DNA from: Lophium mytilinum
Taxonomy: Eukaryota
Direction of reading: 5' to 3'
Assembly: GCA_010093605.1 (NCBI GenBank)
Contig: MU004184.1
Coordinates: forward strand, 1,064,801-1,128,800
DNA: 64,000 nt
In this document: piece after piece, positions 21,912-34,239 of the stretch
Layout of the letters: each line of letters opens with the position of its first letter
How positions within the stretch are numbered: the first letter of the stretch is position 1
Notes under the pieces: generated by a model
The model's input: the letters and a program-made list of their open reading frames with translations, nothing else
Told to the model about the DNA's origin: nothing
Database searches by the model: none
Made by a program: the position numbers and the translations under genes

Positions 21912-23644
21912 ATGAACGACCTGGGGGAGAGGCTGGAGCGATTGGGACTCTCCCAATATCTGGACGCTTTTGTTGCCGAAGGGTTTGACACCTGGGAGAC
22001 GATATTGGACATTACGGAATCAGATCTGTAGGTTGTAGCGAACCCGTAGTGCTGTATCTGAAATATGCTAACCGCACCCCAGAGGCGCTTTGAATGTCAA
22101 ACTCGGCCACCGCAGAGTAGGTCCAATCCTCTGCAGCAGCACTGAAAAATGGGAACGAGCCCGCAAGTTCTAACGCGACGCACAGAAACTTCAGCGAGCT
22201 ATTGCGGAGACAAGAGGGCAATATCACGACCGACCGGCCATTGCGACAGCAGCCAGCGTGGATGGATCATATCGGAGCGACGAATCGGGGTCTGAACACA
22301 AGGCTAAGAAAGGAGCTGCTTCTGCCACGGCGGCTGGCGGAGGCAGCACTAAACGCAAGTACAGGCGGCATCCTAAAGTAAGCCACTCCACAATGATGCA
22401 TGGCACGTGATCGCAAACCTGCTAACTGTAAATAGCCCGACGAACATGCACCGGAGAGACCTCCGTCTGCTTACGTGATTTTTTCAAACCGTTAGTGTAA
22501 TATCTACTTTCCGACTACTTTTAATGACGTAGACCAGAAATGCGCGAGGTCCTCAAAGGCCAGGAGCTGTCCTTCACTGAAATTGCAAAGGCCGTCGGCG
22601 AGCGCTGGCAAGTGCTGTCGCCAGACGCCCGCGAAACCTGCGAAAGCCAGGCGAATAGTGCCAAAGAAAAGTACTACACAGAATTAGCCGAGTACAAGAA
22701 AACGCCGCAGTACGATGCGTACCAGAAATATCTTGAGGAGTTCAAGGCGAAGCATGCCACTCCTGCGAAGAGTCAGTCACCCTTAATCGAACCCTTGGCA
22801 CCGTACTTAGCTAACATGGTTAGATGCAGAAGGCAAACGGTCGAAGCTGGAAACCGAAACAAGCATATCTACTACAAGGAGCAGCAGCAATGATGTGCCT
22901 GAGCGACCCCCTAATCGGCGACTCAGCTCTGGCCTTCTGGAAGGATACCCTTTGGGGCACCAGCGGTCTGGATCGAGTCCGCCAACGGGACCTCAAAGAC
23001 CGCCGATGCCACAATATCCGACGAATTCTTCTTCACCGGCTACTTATCCGCTCGCTAGCTTTAACTCTCCCCGACCAACAGATCACTATTCTCCCATGTC
23101 TGCGTCTCCAAGATCCGCGAATCCCCAAAGGGAGACCTTTGATTATTATCCAGGGGGAAGTACTTTTGTGCCTGAAACCACACAGTCTCACGCGCCCCCT
23201 CACACTCACGCATACGCAAGCAACGCCGCTCCCAGCCAGTCGTCACCGTACACAAATCAGCTCTACACTCCTATAGATCTGCCGTCAAGAAGACCGTACA
23301 GAGAGATGACAAATGTACCAGGACTTTCACACGAAGACACGACACTGTCGTCCGCGAGTGGACTAAGCGTATCCCCGGGAACCCATTACGGCGGTCCTCC
23401 TGGTCATTTTCCGGGTTTTATGCTTCCTTCCGCCGACGCACCCAAGTCCCAGAGAGTCCTCCCTCCCCCCGTCCACAATCCAAGCGTGCAACCTTCGCCC
23501 CTCGACGTCCGACCCACTCCCCAGGGCACCCAATCTTCGGAATACCGCAATACATCCTCCTTAGCCGCCCTCTTGCGCGCAGGGGAGCTCGCTCGCTCCG
23601 CCGATATGGAGCCGCCGCCTGTCACAAAAGCGGACGCTCAATGA
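21912..23644 (+). CDS. SAM-domain + HMG-box transcription factor
   Basis: SAM: LERLGLSQYLDAFVAEGFDTWETILDITESDL..LNVKLGHRRKLQR. HMG: KRKYRRHPKPDEHAPERPPSAYVIFSN..LSFTEIAKAVGERWQ. Five introns. Confidence 0.9.
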
Positions 23645-25250
23645 CAGTCACTAGTCACCTTTTTCTTTATGCTTTATGTCCTCCGCACCTTTATACCCTC
23701 CATAGACGTCCCACAAGACAACAAAGATTGTCCCGATGCCCAGCGGCAGAATCAACCAGGTTTTCATCTCTCTTTGCTCAGCCATACGTGCAGCGCTAAG
23801 ATGGATCAAGAACAGCGGGACTTACGACACTTACTTTGAAGTGTCTGCATTACCCAGTAAAGGGGGCGTTGTCCTTCACGAGCATTTTTTCTTTTTACCA
23901 TCTTGATACACGGCCCTTGGACGTCTCGCTTCACGAATCAGCCCTAAACAATCGGCGACTCGAATTTGATACACGTCCGCCTCAGCTCGCATAAAATAGC
24001 GGTGGCAAGCATAGTACAGGGTTCGGAGGGACTCTACATTTTGACCTTTCATTTCAAGACCTCGCCGCTTTGGACGCGCGGAGATCTTCCCGACAGGATA
24101 TTCGTGTGACGGTTGACTTATGTATACCCCCGTTAGGCCTTGCATACACGTTACCAAGGGGAACGAGATGTTCTGATTGGTGTGCTACCGATGACTACTA
24201 CTGCATGTATGTGTGTATGGCTGTGTGAGTACAGTTTCCTTAGTCATGATGGCGATGAGGGGTCTGGCCACTGGTCGTTGAAAGACCGTTGTTCAACCGG
24301 CCTTCGCCGATTCGGCCTAGGTATATACACTACGGCGTAGTATGGGATGGATGAAAGCTTGAATGCGAAACAGCGCGTACCTCCGAGAGTAAGCACGATC
24401 AGTGACCAGTGCTCAATCGGACTGATTTCTGAAGCTGAGGAAAAGTTGTTGGTTGTTGAGTATATTGCCACTGCATTCAGCTTGTCCGGCTGTGGATGAA
24501 AACTCGTCAACATGGATTTTAAGCCTGAAAGTAAACACACTATTACGTGACGAGTGACAAGTTCTCTCAAGGCGCAATGTAACTATCATAATGCACCTAC
24601 CCGCAGGCCCCAGACTCTAGATCTTGGAAGCCTTGCCGTCGGTACCAAGATACTGTGGCAAATGCACCGACTAAAGACTAAACGCAAAACGGAAGCTCGA
24701 CGGCACAACGGTAGCATATGAGGGTCTTCTATGTATGCAGTAGTGGGCGGGGCCAGCCCAACGCCCGCATGTGCCCATCCGGAATCCATGGCATTTCGAA
24801 GCGGGCACTCCTCGGGAATAACATTCCCATGCAGAAACGCACGGACAACACCGAAAACTGTCGATGGAGATTCTGAAACGCGGAGCCGGCTCCCAAGTCC
24901 CACTGAACCGCTCCTCCCTCTCCAACCCATATCCTCCCCATCCTCACTCCAACATCTCCCCCGCTCCGCCCACGCATTGAATGCCTCCTAACTCCCCAGA
25001 CCAACCACTCGAACCGCCGCCTAAACGCCCTCTCCCGCCGTCCCACTCCCCCTTGGCACGCGGAGCCGGTCTCCCCTCCGTCACCCACGGTCCAGACCCC
25101 AGACGCAGCAACCAAGCCTATCCCTCAAAGAGCGAGCCACCTCACCTACCTTAGCCAACCTTACCTTAGCCAACTAGCCGCCAGCCTCGCCTACGGGCCC
25201 GTCCGTCGCTGCTGTCCTGCAGGTCACCTTGCCGCACTGCTGCACGCACA

Positions 25251-25280
25251 CCCCAGCCCAGCCCAGCCCAGCCCCAGCCC
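25251..25280. repeat. (CCCAG)n microsatellite in a C-rich leader
   Basis: About 6 tandem CCCAG/CCCCAG units; ACCGA-type repeats nearby (25346-25380). Confidence 0.8.
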
Positions 25281-25420
25281 CAAGAAACCGCCGCACCCAG
25301 GACCCCCCCCCCTAACCCCCAACGGCAGGACAAAAAGCTCCACTCACCGACCTACCGACCGAACCGACCGACGACCGACGCACGCTGAGCCGATACCGAT
25401 TCCCCGCTGTGCGTGCCGCT

Positions 25421-26461
25421 ATGGGGACCCGCTCCGCGAGCCAAGAGCCCGCAGCGGAGACGGAGCCGGGGCGGGCGCCGGAGCAACCACGAGGGGTGGG
25501 AGGCGCCGCGACGACACCGGCGGGGCTGACGTTTAAGGGGTTTGTGGGGTTGTTGGGGCCTGGGTTGGTGCCGCTGCCGGAGGTGTATGCGGATGTGTTG
25601 GGGAAGGCGAGGGAGTGGATTGGGGGCGTGGAGGGGTGGACGCATTTGAAGACGAAGGCGGCGAGTGTGTCGGGTTCGACGGCGCCGGTGGGGTTGTACA
25701 AGACGGGGAGCGAGGGGTTGGTGTGGGTGGGGAGGGTGAGTAGGCATGAGGATGCGGCGGTGGAGGGGGCGGCGAGTTGGGGGGAGTTTGATGGGGGGAT
25801 TAGGGTGGCGCATAGTCGGAATGAGGGGGCGTATACGCCGGATGTTTATACGGCGGTGGAGTTGTGGAGTGGGGGTGTGAGTGTGGAGGGGTGGAAGGGG
25901 GTGGAGGTTGCTGGTGAGTTTCAATCTCTTGTGATGGTCGTTAGTGGTGGGAGGATGAGGGATGAAACGGATGCTAATGGTGTATACTGTGTAGTTTACG
26001 AGATGTACCACAGCATCCCACTTCTGAACGACCGCTTCTTCACTACCTGCGTCATCACGGCTCAGCACACGGATACCGACTCCATTGTCGTCCAGCTACC
26101 TTTCGATATCAATACCCTACCGGAAGAGTTCAAGCAACGAAGCCAACGGCACCCTACCCAACCAAGCCCTAAGTTCGAGTACAAGCCCACGCAGAGTGAG
26201 GGCTCATACCAAGATGATGAAGCAGCGAAGAAGAAAGACGGTGTGAGTCTTGTCGAGGGACGATATGTCAGTGTTGAGTACATTTCTGTAGGAAACACCG
26301 GTAGAGATGGGCAGAGCGAGGTTACGTGGAAGATGGCGACGGCGAGTGATGCTGCGGGGAAGATTCCGCAGTTTGTCACAAACACGTCTTTGCCAGGGCA
26401 GGTCATCAACGATGTGCCGTGGTTCTTGAATTGGGTTCATAAGAGGAGGAATCAAGGGTAG
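25421..26461 (+). CDS. DUF3074-like (START/SRPBCC-fold) fungal protein
   Basis: Motifs WVGRVSRH, HSRNEGAYTP, GRYVSVE, WKMATASDAAGKIP. In-frame intron 25914-25994. Confidence 0.75.
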   Translation: MGTRSASQEPAAETEPGRAPEQPRGVGGAATTPAGLTFKGFVGLLGPGLVPLPEVYADVLGKAREWIGGVEGWTHLKTKAASVSGSTAPVGLYKTGSEGLVWVGRVSRHEDAAVEGAASWGEFDGGIRVAHSRNEGAYTPDVYTAVELWSGGVSVEGWKGVEVAGEFQSLVMVVSGGRMRDETDANGVYCVVYEMYHSIPLLNDRFFTTCVITAQHTDTDSIVVQLPFDINTLPEEFKQRSQRHPTQPSPKFEYKPTQSEGSYQDDEAAKKKDGVSLVEGRYVSVEYISVGNTGRDGQSEVTWKMATASDAAGKIPQFVTNTSLPGQVINDVPWFLNWVHKRRNQG

Positions 26462-27043
26462 GGGGTAATAGGGAGGTAGCTAGAATACGGGCTGATATTC
26501 AGATGTTGATTATACCTGCTTGTTGGTACTGTGCAGCCCCTTGAGACCGCCTATGTATTCTTAGCAAGGTAGACGTATTGTGATGTGTACCAGCGCTTTT
26601 GGGGGGCTACTTCCGCTGTGATGCTGTTAGTAGCTTTCCAAAGTGATAGATATAAATCTGAGCGAGGCATCATGATCCAAGACTCCAATGTGCCAGTTAC
26701 AAACTGAAGATATACACTACTTCTCATCTGATAACACTAGATTTTGTCTAATTTGGATTCCTCATGGGTTGCTGGTTGGCCTGAAACGGCGAGGCAGTCG
26801 TCATTGGGGGCAGGCTTGGCATTCTTTGTTTACGGCCCCTCCCCGCCAAAATCATTCCAGCACAAGTCCCACACCAAACACCACGACTCTCCTCTGCACT
26901 GCCCAACCCACCTTTAGAGGACACTTCCCTTTGCTCTCGCCCTTCAGAAGCGTACTTCACGGCTGGAATACTCTTAAAGCCCCCCGGTCTGCGTCGAGTC
27001 CTCCCCTCCCTCGGCTCGAGCGCTCCCAGGCCATCTACCTACA

Positions 27044-29193
27044 ATGGCATCCAAAGGCGACAACCCCAGCTTCCAGCTGCCAATCCCCCCTCCCCCGCTC
27101 CATACCCGCTCAGGCAACGATGGCTACGGCCGCCCCCGCACTCCAACTCAAGAGGCCTTCATCAGCCCGCAACAGACGCCCCAGGGCAGCCCCAGCAAGC
27201 ACCACCAGCCCCCGGGCGCCTTCGACCTGCCCAATGTCTTCGAAAACGCTATGAGACTGTTTCCAACCATGGGAGGATCCCCTTCGAAGTCGCCACGCCA
27301 GCCGCAATCCCCGACCTCAGCAATGAGGGGCGGCGATGCACTGGAGAGCGTGGATTCAGGCTATGGGGGCTCGGACCTGACGACAATCACGCCTGGGAGC
27401 GGTAGTCCTACGCGCAAGGCGAACAAGGAGAACACGCCGCCAGGTGGTCGTCCTGGCATGCAGAAGGAAACGAGTTTCATTAACCATGCTGCAGTGTCTC
27501 GCCAAGAGCCGTATCGGACGCGCGAGGCGGAGAAGCAGCAGAACCATGTGGTGGGCCATCAGCGACTATCGGCGGAAGAACTAGAGAAGTTGAGGAAACC
27601 GGCGGTCAAGCGATTGGCAAACGTGACGCAGTTGTGTAAGTTTGCAAAAGTTTGGGCTGTGGCTGGCTGTGGCTAATGGGTATAGATTTCTTGGACTACT
27701 ACTACGATCTCCTTAGCTACGTCCACATTCGACAGAACAGGCTCGCTCAATTCAAAGCGCAGCATCCTGCGCCGCCAGAGACACCCGAGGCTGAGTACAA
27801 TGAGGCACTCAACACATATCTTGGTCGCGAGCGTGCCAACCTCAGGAAGCGGAGGACGCGACTGAGACAGGGCGATTTCCAGATTCTCACTCAGGTCGGT
27901 CAAGGAGGTTACGGCCAAGTGTATCTGGCACAGAAGAAAGATACTCGCGAAGTGTGTGCTCTGAAGGTCATGAGCAAGAAGCTCCTGTTCAAGCTGGACG
28001 AAATTAGGCACGTCTTGACCGAGCGAGATATCCTAACAAATGCGAAGAGCGAGTGGCTGGTGAGGCTCTTGTACGCGTTCCAGGACGACAAGAGCATCTA
28101 TTTGGCTATGGTAAGCTCACGCCGCTTCTCACTTAAGAATGTTGCTTATATTCTTGTAGGAATATGTCCCTGGAGGCGATTTCCGGACACTGCTTAACAA
28201 TACTGGTGTCCTACACAATCGCCATGCACGCTTCTACATTGCGGAAATGGTCTCTTGCGTCGACTCTCTTCACCAGCTGGGCTATATTCATCGCGATTTG
28301 AAGCCAGAAAATTTCCTGATCGACGGCACCGGCCACGTCAAACTCACCGATTTCGGTCTAGCAGCTGGCATGCTGGCACCAGCCAAGATCGAGTCCATGC
28401 GCGTCAAGCTCGAATCAGTCGGCGATGCCGCCGTTCCGTTTGGAAGACCAATGGAACAGCGCACTGCAGCCGAGCGTCGCGAGAACTACAGATCCCTTCG
28501 AGAGCGCGACGTCAATTACGCCAAGAGTATTGTCGGCAGCCCCGACTACATGGCTCCTGAAGTCCTCAAGGGCGACGAATACGACTTTACGGTCGATTAT
28601 TGGAGCTTGGGATGCATGCTCTTCGAAGCTCTAGCTGGCTACCCACCCTTCGCCGGCGCAACTGTCGACGAGACTTGGCAGAACCTGAAGCAGTGGAAGA
28701 AAGTTCTCCGGAAGCCTGTCTACGAGGACCCGTCCTACTTCCTCAGCAAGCGCACCTGGGATCTCATCACGCGTCTTGTTGCGTCGAAGACCAGCCGCTT
28801 CCGCGGTATCAGCGAGATCCACGCTCATCAGTACTTTGCGGAAGTCGAGTGGGATAAGCTGAGAGAGCAGCGTGCGCCGTTCGTTCCCGAGTTGGACAGC
28901 GAGACTGATGCGGGTTACTTTGATGACTTCAGCAATGAAGCGGATATGGCGAAGTATAAAGAGGTGCACGATAAGCAGACGGCATTGGAGAAGATGGAGG
29001 AGCGGGGCGAAGAGATGAAGAAGCACCTTTTCGTGGGATTCACGTTTAAGTATGTTGTCCTACTCGCGTTATTCTCAATGCGCGCTAATTATTTGACAGG
29101 CACCGCAAACCCGCTACAGACGAGAACGGCAAGCCATCCAGCCCTCGGAAGCCTCTCCCCATGGTCGAGGAGAACTTCGGAACTATCTTCTAA
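27044..29193 (+). CDS. DBF2: NDR-family cell-cycle kinase Dbf2/Sid2
   Basis: RLANVTQLYFLDYYYD, FQILTQVGQGGYGQV, HRDLKPEN, AKSIVGSPDYMAPE, FVGFTF. Three introns; stop at 29191-29193. Confidence 0.95.
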
Positions 29194-29729
29194 ATTCTGG
29201 CATATTCACACTTGTCCGGTTGGTCTTTCTCATATCCTGGCTTCTTTGTGGAGCACTGGCTGCTTCACGCCTCCTCTTCCTTTGCTTGGTCCGTGTTCTC
29301 GCCCAGCACAGCGCAGCGTAGCGTCATGAGTAATGAGGGGTGATGACGACGATGAAAACATGGCGTCTTGCATCAATGGGCGGCGAGTCGGTAGATTGGT
29401 TCACGGTGTTGCGGGTGTTGGACGAGTGCATGCATGTATACGATACTGGCATTGAACCTTTGGGTTTGGGAGCGATGTTGGTAGACAACTGTACTTGTAG
29501 GTTATGGGAATTGATATTAAACACTTTGTGAGCTTTGTGGATCGTGAGTGTGACTTCTTGATTGTTTCTCTAAGGGTTGTTATGGGTGGAGGTTAAGGCA
29601 CGAGGGCGGTGGTGGAGTAGTCAACACAGGTACTGTGAGTTGTTTGCGTTCTTTAGTTTTTATTCTCTTCCTTGCGGACGCATCAGCATCTATACCAGCC
29701 ATTCTACAACCAAATCTACCTTGTTATCA

Positions 29730-30041
29730 GGGTCTGATTTGGTGTGCGACGCAATAGTATGCCAAAAACGACTCTAGATCGCACGGACTGGCTCCACTTT
29801 ATACATCTCACAACACTGGAGTTAACCAAAACCCAAGGCCTAATTTAAAGTGTACGGCAATAACATGCCAAAAACGACTCCAAATCGCACGGACTGGCTC
29901 CACTTCATACATCTCACATCACCCAAATAATCCCGCATCCCGGGGTCTGATTTGGGGTGTGGGACAATAACATGCCCAAAACGACTTCAAATCGCACGGA
30001 CTGGCTCCACTTTATACTTCTCACAGCACCCAAATCATCCC
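29730..30041. repeat. Three tandem ~106-107-bp repeats
   Basis: Core CAATA..ATGCC.AAAACGACT..A.ATCGCACGGACTGGCTCCACTT.ATAC.TCTCACA at 29752, 29858 and 29965. Confidence 0.95.
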
Positions 30042-30180
30042 TTTTCCCATAGCTTGATCTAGGGCGTCCGGTGGCTTTAATCTCTTGCGCGCAAGGGCAC
30101 TATCTCATATTTGGTTCCCAGCTATGCTAATCAGAAACAACCGTTCCACCATCTTACGGATGGGATTTGCTAACCCACCC

Positions 30181-30684
30181 TTACTCCATCACCCGAAAAA
30201 GTCCCCACATCTCCTCGCCAATCTCGCGCTTAGAGGCTACTGCTGAAGACACCTTCTCTTCCCCATTCGCTGGCGTAGTCGCAGAAATGATGAGATTCGC
30301 TGCCGTAATTGTATAAACGATGAGATATCCCACTACGCAAACACTCGTTATTAGCACATATAGATCCCTCTTCGCATCGCTCATCCTCTCCCCTACTTCT
30401 TCGATTTTCTGGGTTGCGGGTTCTTGGTCTCTCTTTTGGTCTTCCCGCAGATCGGTGATGGCTTGAATGGGGCTGGAGTGGCGGTTTGCTTCCACGGTAT
30501 GGCGTTCTGGGGAGGCTGGGTGGTGGGAAGGAGTCGAGTGCGGAGAGCTACTGTTGATGCGATGGTGCCGTGAGAGTGTCGTTGTGGGGAGCGGGGTGTT
30601 GAAGTGAAGTGGGTTGGTAGAAGTTGAGGGTTTGGAGGTTCGGGTGCGGAAGAGGCGGAGAGCTGATAGTGCGTTTCGCGACAT
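30181..30684 (-). CDS. Orphan protein with mitochondrial-type presequence and one TM helix
   Basis: MSRNALSALRLFRTR N-terminus and hydrophobic LYVLITSVCVVGYLIVYTI. TATA at 30849. A possible terminal intron would extend the stop to ~30100. Confidence 0.55.
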   Translation of the reverse strand: MSRNALSALRLFRTRTSKPSTSTNPLHFNTPLPTTTLSRHHRINSSSPHSTPSHHPASPERHTVEANRHSSPIQAITDLREDQKRDQEPATQKIEEVGERMSDAKRDLYVLITSVCVVGYLIVYTITAANLIISATTPANGEEKVSSAVASKREIGEEMWGLFRVME

Positions 30685-31205
30685 GGTTGGAGGGATGTTG
30701 AGTTGCTTCGGTCTTGTCGGTGTTGGAGCTACAGGCTGTCTAGGTTAGAGATGGAAGATGAGACGGAAGCTTTGAGGTTTAAGTAGAGCTAGAGAAATAG
30801 GATGGCGTGGTGGCTATTGTGACAGAACCATGGACGCAGTCCTTTTATATCCTTGGTAGAGCTGCGATTTTGTGTCATCAGCTGTCATCTAACTCCCACT
30901 CTTGTTTTCTAAGCCACTTCAATTGATTTTCTCTCCAAGCACCATCGCCATGCCCATGCCAGCTCGATCATTTCACTTAGTTGTAGCTACTGGTGGATTT
31001 CTTCCGAGTCTAGCTAGACAAGGTTCTTTCCTCCACGAGTGCTTAGAGGAGCACTGCGAGGTATCCAGTAGATCAATACAATGCGATGCCTCGTTGTGAT
31101 TATCAATCCACCGCAGTAGCGTAAGTAGTGGGAGTTGTGATTGAGTAGAGATTCACTCCAATTTCGTCATCCTAGAGAGTCCTCCACCTTTTCCTTTCCC
31201 ATAAT

Positions 31206-31637
31206 TTAATGCTCTCGAAGCTGGGAAGCCACAAATGTAGATGCAACCGCTGCGCAGATTACGACTGTAAATAGTATCCCGCTGCTGTCATGACTTTGCT
31301 CCGCCTTAGACCTCTCCAGCTTTTCGACCCTACCCTCCAGCCTGTCGACGGCTAGTTCTGGTTCAAACTCGGTTTCTTTATACCGTCTCTTCAGTTCGTC
31401 GAGCTGCACTTGCAAGGCGTATACTTTAGAGCTGTCTATGGTTGTGCTGGTAATTAGATATTGGAACAGGAGCGAGATTATAAACGTTAATTGTCGTGAA
31501 GTACTAACCATGAGCAATCGAAGTGAATTTACGTGATGATGGGACGCCAGTCTTTGTCGCGAAGCGCGGTCCTAGAACTCTGGAGGAGCTGCAATGTGGA
31601 GATTATGGAACATCGACAATGGCATGCGTGATGGCAT
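31206..31637 (-). CDS. Small coiled-coil + C-terminal TM orphan (5' structure unresolved, possibly a pseudogene)
   Basis: VYALQVQLDELKRR...LEGRVEKLE...ILFTVVICAAVA. The upstream frame contains an in-frame TAG. Confidence 0.3.
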
Positions 31638-32020
31638 ATTGGCGGTAACGGTAACGTTTCGTCGTTGCTGGCTTTGAAAATGAAAGAAGGGGAGAGAGAG
31701 AATGTGCGTGGATTGATGAAGTTTGTGCCTGAGTTGGGTTGGAACCACGGGTGAATGGCTACTGGATCCTTGGTTGACTTATGACTCCCGCCATTATCAT
31801 CTGCCACCTGATTCCCACACCTCTTGAATAAATCTCTTTAAATGGTCTGCTCGGCAGAAACATCCAGTATAAGGGACCTTTTCTTTGGTGGGCGATTAGA
31901 GGCTCTCTACTTTTTGTAAGCTTAGCAGGCCCAGAGTTACCTTGAAGGGGAGGGTTATTTGGGCCAGATCGACAGGTGAAGTGGAGATTTCTAGGGGAAG
32001 GGGATTACATACAAGCCTTC

Positions 32021-33364
32021 TCACAGCGTGAGCGTATCATAGACAGCTTTCCGGATATTGTCCGCCATGGTTCCAAATCCCAACGTCTTGGGATGGAAAG
32101 TCTTCATGATTCTACCACGCGTAAGCTGACCGAAATTCGTCTCTGGTGAAGCAATGTACTCACATCCCCGGCCGGTCTGGGGCGGAACCACCCCCCTCCG
32201 TAGTTATGTTGTTATCCGGATACTTCTTAACCCAGGCATCTATGTCTTTCTGCACGGGCAATTGGCGCTTGAAGGCTCAACCCAAAGATCGTTCCATGGA
32301 GGTCGGGGAGGAAGGTAGATCCATGTCTTGCCTCCGGTGTATGTATCGTCCCATTGATCGGTAATGTCATGATCGTTCTCGCAAAAGCGGTGTCCATTGA
32401 AACAGTCGCTTATCTCAACGAAATGCACACTTTTACCATCGTGGTTCTGTTTCCTGAACTGTTGTACGTCTTTGATGATTTTTTGCTTGAGAAGCTCAGC
32501 AAGGTCGTTGATGTCGTGGCGAAGGAGAGCGGTGAGTTTTGGGCGGCACCAGAACATACCGAAGCTTTCCTCGTCACACCAGTTCGGATCAATGTTGAAA
32601 GGATGAGCGTAGCTGGAGACGCTTGATGTTAGTGTTGATGACCGCGGGGTTACAAAGGAGACCTTTTTGGTCTCGTTAGTGATTGGGGACTTAAATGGAG
32701 GATACTGACTTGGTGGCATATAGTTGAAACGATCCATGCTTCTCCTTCCCTATCTTCATGACCTTACCCAGCACATCTACATATCTCGCTAGAAAATTCT
32801 CTTCGTTGTTCAATGCGTCCCTAGACTCGACCATTTTTTGATAGCACTCGCTAGCAGGGTCGGGGTATTCGGGGCTGCACCTGGTCTGCTGCGGATCTGG
32901 CACGAAGACACAAGCTGTTACTAAGGGGTCCCAACCACATGCATTCCCCCCCACCCTAAGCTGTTATTAGCGTACTTAACAATGGGAAGGTGCAGAGCAT
33001 ACGTCATGGTCGCGAAAAGGGTACCATCATCCATCTCCGAAGCTTGGCCCTCCATGTGTTCGAAATTAACTCCCGAACAAGCTGGCCAATTGAAAACTTG
33101 ATCCTTAACGGGTAAGAAAGTATCGTTCTGTGACAGCTGGTATGCGTAGGCCTCTTTTGACCGTCTACATTGGATCACCTTGTCGTGATCATCATCATAA
33201 ACGATTTCTTTGAACCAGGTCACCCCTGAAGCCCACGAGTCACCCAAAGATGCCCATTTCTTTGGAAAGATTATGGCGGGACTGATGAGGCCACCGATGG
33301 GAGTGCCAAGGATCACAGGAACTAATATAGTTGCTCCCACGGATAGAAGAAGAGAAGCTTTCAT
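32021..33364 (-). pseudogene. Secreted SGNH/GDSL lipase-esterase with a 1-nt frameshift near 32265
   Basis: Signal peptide, SLGDSWASG, ACSG, TVGGN, F.GHRFCE, KTFHPK. Three introns. The catalytic-His exon is reachable only by a frame change at GCC AAT TG. Confidence 0.7.
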
Positions 33365-34239
33365 TGCGTTTGTGAGCTCAAACAGAGACAAAATTTGGGG
33401 AGAGTTGCGAGATAAGAGACGACTAGAATTACAAGAGAGGAGGAGTGAGAGATGGATGTAACAACAAAAGAGAAACGGTAAAGAGCTCTGCTGGGAGATG
33501 CAGTCGTAATCAACTACTTATAGGTAGACCATACATGAATTGGGAATACCAGAAGACAGATTTGAGGCGTGGAAGAGCAGGTCAGGTGGCCCGTGGGCAT
33601 AGTTCAAGACGCTCAGTCTTGAGGGAAACTTTGAGATACTTCATCAGTTTCAAGTTATTGAAACGTGGCCCTTCAGCCTCGATGGGCTGGTCCAAAGCCA
33701 CCGGCGAAGTGATTGAAGGATCAAGAAGGAGCGAGGAGAGTGACGAGGAGGATGTGGAGCGATTTGACCGGGTTGGGAGAGAAGTAATTAGTATGGTCGT
33801 CCATCGTTTTAGGATCGAAACTGCGCCATCATGGCGTCAATCGAGAGCCGACCATTAGACTAAAAAGGATTTTGTACATGATCCGAGTCGTCGAGGATTC
33901 GAGGGCCGTGACGATGAAAAGTTGGTGGCAAGGTGCTCAAGACCTGAAGGATCACTGCCTTCCTACGCTCAGGAACAAGATGTATCTTGGTGGCGAATAG
34001 AAAGCGTAATTAGAGAAGAAAAGCCATTTATAAGAATTGATGCGCGTTCACTCCTTCTGGCACTACACAAAACCCGGCGACGAGAAGCGCAGGAAAAACG
34101 TTAGTGATCGAATAGAAATAAAACTATTCACATACTCGGGGGTGTATCATGTAAAGACTGAGTGGTTGGAAGATGTGTTAAGGCGACGCCAGAGAGTCGG
34201 AACAAAAGAGAAGTGCTCTGGATTTTCCTCCCTGGCTCA

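Noticed and set aside
29730..30041. CRISPR array
   Set aside because: Eukaryotic context, no cas genes, core too long, and linkers partly homologous to each other.
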